NCBI GenBank assembly: GCA_016783605.1
Contig: JADHWG010000003.1
Span: 1 to 62,404 of the forward strand
Origin: Candidatus Omnitrophota bacterium
GTDB taxonomy: Bacteria > Omnitrophota > Gorgyraeia > Tantalellales > Tantalellaceae
Direction: 5' to 3'
DNA length: 62,404 bases
The position numbers and the translations under genes are program-made. Shown piece after piece: positions 43,971 through 53,331 of the stretch (position 1 is its first letter; the number at the start of each line of letters is the position of its first letter). The notes beneath the pieces were generated by a model. That model saw nothing but the letters and a program-made list of their open reading frames with translations, was not told the DNA's origin and searched no databases.

Positions 43971-45716
43971 TTAAACGATACCAAACCCGCTCGCGTTAAA
44001 CTCTGCCTTCAGATATTCATCGTCAATTCCCGTTTTTATGTGACTCCACGGGAGATTATCGCTCACCGCGTATGTTTTATAGGCACTTTCGTATAGATCA
44101 CATCCGTTTTCTCTAAACGCGTCTTCCCAAATTTTAAAATCAAAAGAGTCTAAGGCCCCATCCATTACCGCGCCGTTCTTCCAAGCCGAGTATATAACTT
44201 CCGAAGTTTTTCTGTCACCTCGCGAAAGAGCTCCTTCAAGCATGGATTGTTTTAGATCGTGAAATTCGAACTTGATCTTTTTTTTTGCGTAAAAACGAAA
44301 TTTTTCTTTTGTTTCGCGCAGTCTCTCTTCTTTCGCCATACCGAGCCACTGAAAAGAAGTCTGAGCTTTTGGAATAAAAGGGTTAATGCTGAGTCTTATT
44401 TCCGCGGGAGCGTTCGACACTGTCCGCCTAAGATCGGAAATCTCTTTCGCGATCCCTGCTATCTTTTCCGCCGTATCATTTTCTTCTCCGGGAAACCCCA
44501 CCATGAAATATAATTTCAATCTTCTCCAGCCATGCCGAAAAGCCTCGGAAGCCGATTCACGAAAAACTTCAAAACTAATATCTTTCCCCAAAGATCTTCG
44601 CGTCTGGGGCTCCGCGGCTTCCAAAGCAAAAGTAAGCCCTGTTTTACGAAGAGTCGATATCATCCCCGGGATCTCATAAAACGATTTATCAATTCTTACC
44701 GAAGGTATCGACACCCCGATCCCCTCCCCATCAAAATCTTCTTTTATCGCGCTGATAAGTTTGGCTAGATCCGGATAATTCATACTGGAAAGTGATAAAA
44801 GGGAAAAACTCTCATAACCGGTATTTTTGTAGGTTTGTCTCAAGAGACGCCTTATTGTCTCCGGTTTTCTTAAGCGTACCGGCCGGGTAACATTCATCGC
44901 GATGCAAAAACGGCATTTATTCGGACATCCGCGCATAATCTCAACGGCGATCCTATCCTGCACAGTCCTGATAAAAGGAACGATCTGTTTAACCGGATAA
45001 TACGCCTCTTCAAGAGATCTTACATAATTCTTTTTTATCTCCTTCGGTACATTTTTATCAAAGGGAGTAAGACGTAAAAATTTATTGCCGGCGAATTCAG
45101 CTTCGTAAAGCGACGGCGCGTATACACCTTCAACTTCGCTGAGAGACCTAATGAGTTGTTTGCGGCTCAACTTTTTCTTTTTCAGTTTTTTGTATTTCGA
45201 GACAAACTTTAAAAGCGCCTCTTCCGCGTCACCGACAATAAAAATGTCGATAAACTTCGTCATCGGTTCCGGATTGTAACACAAAGCGCCGCCGGCGATA
45301 ACTAAAGGCGAATTTTCGCCGCGCTCGTTCGACAACGGTTCTATTCCCCCGGAGCTTAAAATATCCAGAACGTTGGTATACGTAAGCTCGTAAGAAAGTG
45401 AAAATCCTATTATGTCGAATTTATCGAGAGGTGTTCTGGATTCCAAACTGAACAATTTTTGTCCACTCGCGCGAAGACGTTGGCGCATGTCCTCATACGG
45501 CATAAACACCCGTTCACAAAGAATGTCTTCGGCGTCATTCAAAAGATGATAGAGAATTCGAAGTCCCAAATAACTCATCCCGACTTCATATGTGTCCGGA
45601 TACGATAAAACAACACTGGTTCTGGCGTTCGTAAATTTTTTACGAACGCTATTGATCTCACCGCCGGTATACCTGGCCGGTTTTTGAATTTCGTTCAATA
45701 TTTCGTTCAATTCCAC
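43971..45716 (-). CDS. B12-binding-domain radical SAM protein, TIGR03960-like
   Basis: N-terminus ELNEILNEIQKPARYTGGEINS and the radical SAM cluster motif CPNKCRFC. 581 aa from the GTG at 45716. The track extension to 45836 reads into REP hairpins. Confidence 0.8.
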   Translation of the reverse strand: MELNEILNEIQKPARYTGGEINSVRKKFTNARTSVVLSYPDTYEVGMSYLGLRILYHLLNDAEDILCERVFMPYEDMRQRLRASGQKLFSLESRTPLDKFDIIGFSLSYELTYTNVLDILSSGGIEPLSNERGENSPLVIAGGALCYNPEPMTKFIDIFIVGDAEEALLKFVSKYKKLKKKKLSRKQLIRSLSEVEGVYAPSLYEAEFAGNKFLRLTPFDKNVPKEIKKNYVRSLEEAYYPVKQIVPFIRTVQDRIAVEIMRGCPNKCRFCIAMNVTRPVRLRKPETIRRLLRQTYKNTGYESFSLLSLSSMNYPDLAKLISAIKEDFDGEGIGVSIPSVRIDKSFYEIPGMISTLRKTGLTFALEAAEPQTRRSLGKDISFEVFRESASEAFRHGWRRLKLYFMVGFPGEENDTAEKIAGIAKEISDLRRTVSNAPAEIRLSINPFIPKAQTSFQWLGMAKEERLRETKEKFRFYAKKKIKFEFHDLKQSMLEGALSRGDRKTSEVIYSAWKNGAVMDGALDSFDFKIWEDAFRENGCDLYESAYKTYAVSDNLPWSHIKTGIDDEYLKAEFNASGFGIV

Positions 45717-45791
45717 GGTTATTCCCTTTCTGACACACGTGACCGCCACTACAACGATCGTCTTTCGGTTTTTGCAATTCTTTTGTCGTTC

Positions 45792-45850
45792 ATAGGACAA
45801 GGCATGCCTTGTCCCTACAAAAATTCGTAGGGGCACGGCATGCCGTGCCC
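45792..45850. repeat. pair of REP-like hairpins in inverted orientation (BIME-like)
   Basis: ATAGGACAAGGCATGCCTTGTCCCTAC, an 8-nt spacer, then GTAGGGGCACGGCATGCCGTGCCC. Confidence 0.8.
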
Positions 45851-45861
45851 TTTAATTCATA

Positions 45862-46956
45862 TCATCGTTCAATCCTTCTGCTTACGCTAAGCAGAAGTCC
45901 GACACTGATCAACGTTGCGATCGTATTGGATCCACCGTAACTGATCGCCGGCAGAGGAAGTCCGACTACCGGCATAAGTCCTATGGTCATGGCGATGTTT
46001 ACAAGAACCTGAAAAGCGATCAAAATGACAACGCCCGCGGCTATCGCTCTTCCCTGCACGTCCGGAACACGCGAAAAGATCCTTATGCCTCTTGCAACAA
46101 TGAGCGCGTAAAGCGCGATCAATGCCACTCCTCCGAAAAATCCCCATTCTTCTCCGACAACGGAAAAAATAAAGTCGGTATGCCGTTCCGGTAAAAAATT
46201 CAAATAACTTTGCGTTCCCGAAAGCCATCCTTTCCCAAACATTCCTCCGGAACCGACAGCTATCTTCGATTGTATGATGGTATATCCCGCGCCTAACGGA
46301 TCCAGATCCGGATTTAAAAAAACCATGAGCCGATTTTTTTGATAACCCTTTAGAAACATCCACAAAAAAGGAATACTCGCCAAACCCGCCGCCATGGTCA
46401 AAACAATATGCTTTATTTTCTCACCGGAAACAAAAAGTATTGAAAACAATATCGGAACAAGAACAAAAGCCGTCCCCAAGTCAGGCTGTAAGAAAATAAG
46501 AGCCGACGCCGGCATCACTAAAGCAATACTCGCGATATAATTTTTTACCGTTCCTATCTTTTCTCTCCGGTCCCCGAGAAAAGCCGCTAAAACCAATATC
46601 ACCGTTATTTTTACAAATTCCGACGGCTGAATGGAAACCGGCCCGAACGCGATCCATCGTCTGGCGCCATACCTCTCACCTCCAAACACCAAAAGAAAAA
46701 CAAGCGCCAGCAAATTTAAAATGTAAAAAATGTAAGCGTAATTCAAGATCTTCAAGTAATCGCTCGCGGAAAAAATGAACAACAAAACAATTCCGATAAC
46801 GACCCATATGCTTTGTTTTATTACCAAGGCGCTAAAATGACCGCTCTCGGTCTGCCAATCCCATGTCGCGCTGTATATAAAAAAAATACCGAGAACCGCT
46901 ATGAGCAAGATCGCGGACAACAAAACTTTATCCATCCCCCCTCTGGCCGCTCTCAT
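45862..46956 (-). CDS. rodA: rod shape-determining protein RodA (SEDS family)
   Basis: 364 aa, a polytopic FtsW/RodA/SpoVE pattern. Adjacent to the PBP2 gene. Confidence 0.9.
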   Translation of the reverse strand: MRAARGGMDKVLLSAILLIAVLGIFFIYSATWDWQTESGHFSALVIKQSIWVVIGIVLLFIFSASDYLKILNYAYIFYILNLLALVFLLVFGGERYGARRWIAFGPVSIQPSEFVKITVILVLAAFLGDRREKIGTVKNYIASIALVMPASALIFLQPDLGTAFVLVPILFSILFVSGEKIKHIVLTMAAGLASIPFLWMFLKGYQKNRLMVFLNPDLDPLGAGYTIIQSKIAVGSGGMFGKGWLSGTQSYLNFLPERHTDFIFSVVGEEWGFFGGVALIALYALIVARGIRIFSRVPDVQGRAIAAGVVILIAFQVLVNIAMTIGLMPVVGLPLPAISYGGSNTIATLISVGLLLSVSRRIER

Positions 46957-47047
46957 ACGTTCTCCTTTTAGTAGTCGTTGGTCGTGGGTCTTTGGTCGTC
47001 AGTCGTTAACCAAAGATTATCGAGTGGTTGGTCGATTGGTTAATTGG

Positions 47048-47139
47048 TTACACGTTGCATGTGGCACGTTACACGTTTCCCGCCGAAGGCGGGTCCGCCT
47101 TCGGCGGAAACCTGAAACCTGTAACTTGTAACCTGTAAC
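47048..47139. repeat. heptamer-armed palindromic element, family H, copy 5
   Basis: Degenerate TTACACG units, the core CCCGCCGAAGGCGGGTCCGCCTTCGGCGG, then AACCTGN units. GGTCGT-type short repeats lie just upstream (46975-47045). Confidence 0.8.
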
Positions 47140-47150
47140 TAATACCTCTT

Positions 47151-48884
47151 TTACAACATTTTCAATTCTTTTGCTTTTTTAAAAACTTTGCCGGCGGTTT
47201 CCGCGGCGTAGTATCCGCCTTTCCCGCCGTGTTCGTCAAATACCACAACAGTAAGTTTTGCCTCATCGAACGGCGCGAAACCGGCAAACCAGCCGTGATT
47301 CTTCTTGCCTCTAGAAGTCTGCGCCGTTCCGGTTTTTCCGGAGACAATAACATCAGACTGTTTTGCTTTAACGCCGGTTCCTCTTTTTCCGTTTACAACC
47401 GCCTTTAACCCTTCTCGTATCTCGGACACATCGGAAGTCGACAAATTTAAAAAAACTTTTTCTCCCGCGTTCACGCGCACTTTGTCCACAAATTCAACCA
47501 CATATGGTTTTACCAAATATCCTTTGTTAGCGAAGATCGACATCATCCGCGCGACCTGAAGAGGCGAACATAAAAGATATCCTTGCCCTATCGAATAGTT
47601 GACAGTATCTCCCTTATACCATCTTTCGTTCAGTTTTTTTCTTTTCCATGCGCTCGACGGCACTATTCCGGCTTTCTCACCCGGGATATCTATTCCGGTA
47701 TGTTGTCCTAATCCGCATTTTTTCGCGAAAGCGGATATTCTATCCACACCCGCGAGAAGACCCAATTTAAAAAAATAGACATTACACGAATGTTTTATCG
47801 CGTCCCTTAAAATTTGGTCGGCGTGTCCTTTTTCCCGCCAACAAGCGAACCGGAATTTCCCGAGAGATAAACTGCCTTGACAATTAAAAACCGTTTTTAT
47901 TGTCGCATCGGAACTGTCCAGACCGCTTAATGCGGTTATCACCTTAAAAACGGAACCGGGAGGATACGTTCCCGCTATAGCTCTATTCATCAAAGGATAA
48001 TTTCTGCTTCCGAAAACTTTCGAAAGTTCGGAAGCTCTTTCCCTGTTTATAAAAATTCCGGGATCATACGCGGGAGCACTCGCCATCGCAAGCACCGCTC
48101 CCGTCGACGGATCCATAGCAACTATCGCCCCCTTTTTTTTCTCCAAAAGTTTCTCACATGTTTTTTGAAGTTCCAAATCGATCGTCAGATATACATCTTT
48201 TCCCGGAAGAGGTTCTCTATATCCCAGTGTGGTCGCTTCCCGCCCTCGATGGTCAACTTCAATTTGTTTTCCTCCGTGCGTACCTCGCAAATAATCATCA
48301 AAAGCTTTCTCTACGCCGTCTCTGCCAACCAAATCATTAATTTTATACCCATAATGTTTTAATCTTTTAAATTCCGATCGATTAATGCTCCCGACATAAC
48401 CAACTACGTGAGCGGCCGAATCTCCATACAAATATTTACGTTTAGCCGAGATCTCCAGCAAAATATCCGGATGATTCATTTCCAACTCTTCCAGACGGAT
48501 CACTTTTTCCATACCGATGTTCGAAGCAATTGAAACAGGAGAATACGGAATTTTTCCGGCCTCTTTTATTCTTCGAGAGACAACACTTTTCGGCACTTCA
48601 AGAACCTCACTTAAGACATTTGTCAAAGAATCTTTGTCCTCAACCCGATAGTAGATTATCGCGACATCGAACGATAACACATCTTCAACCAATACTTTTC
48701 CATTACGATCGAAAATGCTTCCTCTGGGAGCCACGAGAGGCACAACTTTTAATCTGTTTTCTTCAGACATAACACTGTACTTTTCATACATACCCACTTG
48801 TACATAAAAAAGTCCCGCGAAAAGCACTCCCATAGCAACGATCAATATTAAAGAAAAAAACCAAATTCTCATAATAAACAGCAT
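47151..48884 (-). CDS. mrdA: penicillin-binding protein 2 (elongasome transpeptidase)
   Basis: 577 aa. TM anchor, PBP dimerisation domain, and the transpeptidase motifs SVFK, SCN and KTGT. Confidence 0.9.
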   Translation of the reverse strand: MLFIMRIWFFSLILIVAMGVLFAGLFYVQVGMYEKYSVMSEENRLKVVPLVAPRGSIFDRNGKVLVEDVLSFDVAIIYYRVEDKDSLTNVLSEVLEVPKSVVSRRIKEAGKIPYSPVSIASNIGMEKVIRLEELEMNHPDILLEISAKRKYLYGDSAAHVVGYVGSINRSEFKRLKHYGYKINDLVGRDGVEKAFDDYLRGTHGGKQIEVDHRGREATTLGYREPLPGKDVYLTIDLELQKTCEKLLEKKKGAIVAMDPSTGAVLAMASAPAYDPGIFINRERASELSKVFGSRNYPLMNRAIAGTYPPGSVFKVITALSGLDSSDATIKTVFNCQGSLSLGKFRFACWREKGHADQILRDAIKHSCNVYFFKLGLLAGVDRISAFAKKCGLGQHTGIDIPGEKAGIVPSSAWKRKKLNERWYKGDTVNYSIGQGYLLCSPLQVARMMSIFANKGYLVKPYVVEFVDKVRVNAGEKVFLNLSTSDVSEIREGLKAVVNGKRGTGVKAKQSDVIVSGKTGTAQTSRGKKNHGWFAGFAPFDEAKLTVVVFDEHGGKGGYYAAETAGKVFKKAKELKML

Positions 48885-48919
48885 TCATGGTTCACGGGCG
48901 CACACTTGGGTCCGCCCCT

Positions 48920-49150
48920 TGTATATTGTCACAATTCAGGTAACAAATCGATAGTAACCGGGGACACCCGACCATTTTGTCCCCTCTTAAATTAATCGGA
49001 CAAGGCAGGCCTTGTCCCTACGAATAATATAAAACATGCCCAACAAATCGTAGGGGCCGGGCCTGCCCGGTCCTTTTATCCCCATCATCATTGATAACCC
49101 TTATATGTTGATGCCATTACAAACGGTTACCTGAATTGTGACAATATACA
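48920..49150 (+). mobile_element. MITE-like element, family A
   Basis: TGTATATTGTCACAATTCAGGTAAC ... GTTACCTGAATTGTGACAATATACA. Preceded by the hairpin GGGCGCACACTTGGGTCCGCCC. Confidence 0.85.
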
Positions 49151-49165
49151 CCTTACGTTCGGAGT

Positions 49166-49642
49166 TCAAACTTGCATTTTTACGATTTTTTTTATCGCGA
49201 CAAAAAAGATAGGTGAAAAAAGTATGGTTACCCCAAGCATTTTCCAGTTTTCCGCCGCCAGATAAAGAATATTGACGGAACTTCCGCGCATAAGATTAGA
49301 ATATAATGTGTGTCCCGCGATCAAGACAAACATTGCCACAGCCGCAATAAAAGCCTGAACGACCGGACTATATTTATAAAATTTGTTCGCCAAAAAAGAG
49401 GAAACTATACCGATCGCTAAAAAAAGAAAAACATCTAAAAACAAAGGACCCGACGAAAAACATCCTCTTAAGAATCCTGCCATAATTCCGAACCACGCGG
49501 CGAAATTCGCGCCAAAAAAAATGCCCGCGAAAACAACCGCGAGAACGATCATATCCGGGAAAAATGAAAAATTTCGTCCAAAAAAAATTTGAACAAAAAC
49601 ACATCCAAAAAGGAGAATCAATAAAATAAGTTTTTCTCTCAT
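49166..49642 (-). CDS. mreD: rod shape-determining protein MreD
   Basis: 158 aa, about 5 TM helices. Positioned between mreC and mrdA. Confidence 0.75.
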   Translation of the reverse strand: MREKLILLILLFGCVFVQIFFGRNFSFFPDMIVLAVVFAGIFFGANFAAWFGIMAGFLRGCFSSGPLFLDVFLFLAIGIVSSFLANKFYKYSPVVQAFIAAVAMFVLIAGHTLYSNLMRGSSVNILYLAAENWKMLGVTILFSPIFFVAIKKIVKMQV

Positions 49643-49676
49643 AATAATGATCGGTTATACAAATTACAGAAAATAA

Positions 49677-49927
49677 TTGAGGGGTCGGGGAGTTTCCCGA
49701 CTCCTCATCCTGAAGCCCAAAGGGCTTCAGGATCTCTATAGATTCTTTTGAAAAATTAACAAGAGATCCTTCGCTTTGCTCAGGATGAGTGGTCGGAGAA
49801 AAACTCCCCGACCCCTCAAATAATTACCAAAAAAGAGCAGACCCCTGTTATGTTCCCCAAAACAATAGAGATCCTTCAGCCCTTTGGGCTTCAGGATGAG
49901 CCGTTGGAAAAATTTCCCCAACGGCTC
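49677..49927. repeat. nested palindromes in the mreC-mreD gap
   Basis: The outer IR TTGAGGGGTCGGGGAGTTT (49677-49695) pairs with AAACTCCCCGACCCCTCAA (49801-49819). The inner hairpin is ATCCTGAAGCCCAAAGGGCTTCAGGAT. A second hairpin GAGCCGTTGG...CCAACGGCTC (49898-49927) overlaps the mreC stop. Confidence 0.8.
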
Positions 49928-50702
49928 ATTTTATACACAAAACTTCTTCCTGGTCAAAGGGGTTCGCGAAGGGTCTTATCAACGCGTATCTATATAGCCC
50001 CGTCTTACTGATCCCGGAAGACAGAACTCTTCCTATCCCGACACCTTTGGGGAAGATCCTGCTGAATTCCGAAGTGGTTACAACATCACCTCTTTTTATT
50101 TTCGCGTCTGGCGGAAGATATAACATTTTAACGGTACTTATTCCTGAACCGACGATAATGCCGTTGATCCGCTCACGTTTCAAAATACCTCCGGCTTTAA
50201 AATTCGGATGAGTGAGCAGCATAACACGACTCACATCAGCTTTGGCTTCAACCACTTTCCCAAGCAGTCCTTTAGAAGAACACACGGCGGAATTTTTTAA
50301 AACTCCGTCATCAGATCCTTTGTCGATGATAAACGACCCCATCCATTTATTGGGATCTCTCGCCACAACTTCCGCGGAGACGGTATCAAACCCTATCTTT
50401 TCTTTGAATTTTAAAAGTCTTCGAAGGCGCCTGTTTTCGTCTACAAGCTCCTTAAATCTTTCAAGCTCGAGCTGAAGATTGGCGCTTTTTTTTGATAAAA
50501 CTTCGTTTTCTTTGATAAGCTTTTTTTTAGACCGGAAATACAGCGTACTTTTGGAATATAACTTGATCGGGAACAAAAAGGCTCTTATGGAAAGATTTTT
50601 GACACCCGTAATTGCAGACGGGACATAAAAAAAGAGCACCACGAGAACAACTGCCCATAAACCGATTACCCTGATATTCTTTTTTTTGAGGAATTTATAC
50701 AC
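49926..50702 (-). CDS. mreC: rod shape-determining protein MreC
   Basis: 258 aa. TM helix, coiled coil (ENEVLSKKSANLQLELERFKEL) and beta-barrel domains. Confidence 0.88.
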   Translation of the reverse strand: MYKFLKKKNIRVIGLWAVVLVVLFFYVPSAITGVKNLSIRAFLFPIKLYSKSTLYFRSKKKLIKENEVLSKKSANLQLELERFKELVDENRRLRRLLKFKEKIGFDTVSAEVVARDPNKWMGSFIIDKGSDDGVLKNSAVCSSKGLLGKVVEAKADVSRVMLLTHPNFKAGGILKRERINGIIVGSGISTVKMLYLPPDAKIKRGDVVTTSEFSRIFPKGVGIGRVLSSGISKTGLYRYALIRPFANPFDQEEVLCIK

Positions 50703-50718
50703 ATTGAATAGCTACCGC

Positions 50719-51780
50719 TTATTTCTGTAGACTGGAACCAACAGTCAATCTTTTAAGATATTTCAGCTCGCTAAGAACTTTTCCCGTTCCCAAAGCGACC
50801 GCCGTTAAAGGATCGTCAGCCAAATGTACAGGTAAACTGGTCTCCTCGGAAATAAGCTTATCCAGTCCCCTTAAAAGACTGCCGCCACCGGCAAGAATAA
50901 TCCCCTTTTCGATCAGATCCGCCGACAGCTCCGGCGGGGTTCGCTCTAAAGTTATCCGAACCGCCTCGACTATTTGGGCGATCGGTTCGGAAAGCGCCTC
51001 TCGAACTTCTTCCGAGGTTATTGTGATCATTTTGGGAAGACCGGCAACAAGATCACGACCCCTGACATTCATCGACATTTCTTCTTCCATGGGATAACCG
51101 GAACCAATCCTGATCTTAATTTCTTCGGCAGTTCTCTCACCGACCATGAGATTATAAGTTCGTTTTAGGTAATTAATTATCGCGTCATCCATTTCATCTC
51201 CGCCGATACGGATAGACTTCGAAAAAACAACTCCCGCCAGAGAGATAACGGCCATCTCTGTCGTCCCACCGCCTATGTCTATGACCATATTTCCCGACGG
51301 CTCCTGAATGGGAAGCCCCACTCCTATGGAAGCCGCAACCGGCTCTTCAAGCATATACACTTCCCTCGCGCCGGCATGAAGCGCGGAATCTTTAACAGCG
51401 CGTTTCTCAACTTCCGTAATACCTGACGGAACAGCCACAACCATACGCGGACGCACCAAGCGACGTGAATTATGCACTTTTTTAATAAAATACCTCAGCA
51501 TACTTTCCGCGATCTCAAAATCGGCGATAACACCATCGCGCATGGGTCTGATCGCGACAATGTTTCCCGGAGTTCTTCCAAGCATCCTTTTGGCTTCTTC
51601 GCCAACAGCCAATACGTTAGACGTGCCGGCTTCAATGGCTACCACGGAAGGTTCACAAAGAACGATTCCCTCACCTTTAAGATAAACTAAAGTGGTCGCG
51701 GTTCCCAGATCTATCCCCATATCGCTGGAAAAAAGCCCGAGTAAATTGTCATAATGTTTTTTGAGTTGATGTCGTATCAT
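50719..51780 (-). CDS. mreB: rod shape-determining actin homolog MreB
   Basis: [12 protein letters not shown] and DIGGGTTE motifs. ATG at 51780 is preferred. The track start at 51807 is a TTG. Confidence 0.93.
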   Translation of the reverse strand: MIRHQLKKHYDNLLGLFSSDMGIDLGTATTLVYLKGEGIVLCEPSVVAIEAGTSNVLAVGEEAKRMLGRTPGNIVAIRPMRDGVIADFEIAESMLRYFIKKVHNSRRLVRPRMVVAVPSGITEVEKRAVKDSALHAGAREVYMLEEPVAASIGVGLPIQEPSGNMVIDIGGGTTEMAVISLAGVVFSKSIRIGGDEMDDAIINYLKRTYNLMVGERTAEEIKIRIGSGYPMEEEMSMNVRGRDLVAGLPKMITITSEEVREALSEPIAQIVEAVRITLERTPPELSADLIEKGIILAGGGSLLRGLDKLISEETSLPVHLADDPLTAVALGTGKVLSELKYLKRLTVGSSLQK

Positions 51781-51848
51781 ATTTCCGTGTCGGTTAAGAT
51801 CTGTCAAATTATAAAATGGTAGGTGCTCTCTAAATATTGGTTAACGGA

Positions 51849-51877
51849 ATGATATCAGATTATTATACGTTTGTCAA
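51849..51877 (-). promoter_or_regulatory. candidate promoter of the mreBCD operon (TTGACA-17 nt-TATCAT)
   Basis: Minus strand reads TTGACA (51877-51872), a 17-nt spacer, TATCAT (51854-51849). Lies in a 200-nt AT-rich gap. Confidence 0.4.
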
Positions 51878-52007
51878 ATTTTTTAATAAATAAGTTTATG
51901 GTTCATTTTATTAAGAAGTCCCTAAAATGCTTTTTGAGTACATACCTAAAATGTTTTAGCCTTACGAAGCTCTTTCTATTGCCCATTTTTCGCCCTATCC
52001 TCACACG

Positions 52008-53300
52008 TTAAATGCCCCGCAATTTTTCCAGATCCTCCATAAATCCCGGATATGATGTTTGCACACATTCAGTATCTTTAATTTTGCTCTCCCCCGTGGC
52101 AAGCAAACCCGCCACTGCCAAAGTCATCGCGATCCGATGGTCACCGAAACTGTCAAATTCCGCTCCATGTAACTTTTTTAAATTTCCCGATATGACCATA
52201 TCCTCTCCGGATTCTTTTATTTCCGCGCCCAAACGGCGAAAATTCTCACGAATCGTTTTTACTCGATCCGTTTCTTTAACTTTTAATTCAGATATACCGC
52301 GCACAATTGTTTCACCTTCGGCTCTAAGCGCCGCCAGAACAAGGATCGGAACCTCATCTATTAAAAGCGGGATCTCTTCTTTCTCTATCACCACCGCTTT
52401 CAACTCCGAATACACAATTTCCAAATTACCGGATGGTTCAACTTCGTCTTTTGGATCAAAAACACGTATTTTCGCGCCCATTCTCCCCAGCACATTAATG
52501 AGTCCCATTCGAGTTGGGTTCAACCCCACGTTACGCAACACAATGCGTGAATCCTTGATCAAAAGCGCCGCGATGATAAAAAACGCCGCGCTTGATATAT
52601 CCGCCGGTATCTTTATGTCTTTAGGCGTAAGTTCTTTTGCTCCCGATATCTCGGTCGTTAAGCCTTTTCTCTTTATGTCGGCATTCAAAAATTCCATCAT
52701 TCGTTCAGTATGATCTCGAGATCGAAACGGTTCTTGAACGGTAGTTTTTCCCGACGCGAATAGACCTGCTATCAAAACGCACGACTTGACCTGCGCGCTG
52801 GCTACGGGCATAACATAATTTATTCCGGTTAACTTTTTTCCGCCCTTTATCTCCAACGGAGCGTGTCCTTTTCCATCGGCGGAGACAATTTCCGCGCCCA
52901 TTTGCGAAAGCGGTTCGATGATCCTTCCCATGGGACGGGCTGTTAGGGATCTATCTCCCTCGATCCTGGTATCAAAGTTCTGCCCTACCGCGACGCCCGA
53001 CATTATGCGCATGGTAGTGCCGGAATTACCCGCGTAAAGCGCCTCGGACGGTCTTTTAAGACCACTCAATCCTTTTCCGTGCACAACAATATTTCCTCCG
53101 GCAGACTCTATTTGAACGCCCATATCGCGAAAAGCTTTGAGCGTCCTCAAACAATCCTCTCCGGAAAGAAAATTTTTGACAGTGCTTATTCCGCGAGCGA
53201 TCGAACCCAATATTACGGCTCTATGCGAAATACTCTTATCCGGCGGCACTTCCAATTCACCTTTTAATCCGCATTCGGCTTTTCGTATTTTCCAATCCAT
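52008..53300 (-). CDS. aroA: 3-phosphoshikimate 1-carboxyvinyltransferase (EPSP synthase)
   Basis: 430 aa. PPDKSISHRA and LYAGNSGTTMR motifs. Confidence 0.93.
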   Translation of the reverse strand: MDWKIRKAECGLKGELEVPPDKSISHRAVILGSIARGISTVKNFLSGEDCLRTLKAFRDMGVQIESAGGNIVVHGKGLSGLKRPSEALYAGNSGTTMRIMSGVAVGQNFDTRIEGDRSLTARPMGRIIEPLSQMGAEIVSADGKGHAPLEIKGGKKLTGINYVMPVASAQVKSCVLIAGLFASGKTTVQEPFRSRDHTERMMEFLNADIKRKGLTTEISGAKELTPKDIKIPADISSAAFFIIAALLIKDSRIVLRNVGLNPTRMGLINVLGRMGAKIRVFDPKDEVEPSGNLEIVYSELKAVVIEKEEIPLLIDEVPILVLAALRAEGETIVRGISELKVKETDRVKTIRENFRRLGAEIKESGEDMVISGNLKKLHGAEFDSFGDHRIAMTLAVAGLLATGESKIKDTECVQTSYPGFMEDLEKLRGI

Positions 53301-53331
53301 GTTTCACCTCGAATTTCGACCTTTTTTCCCT

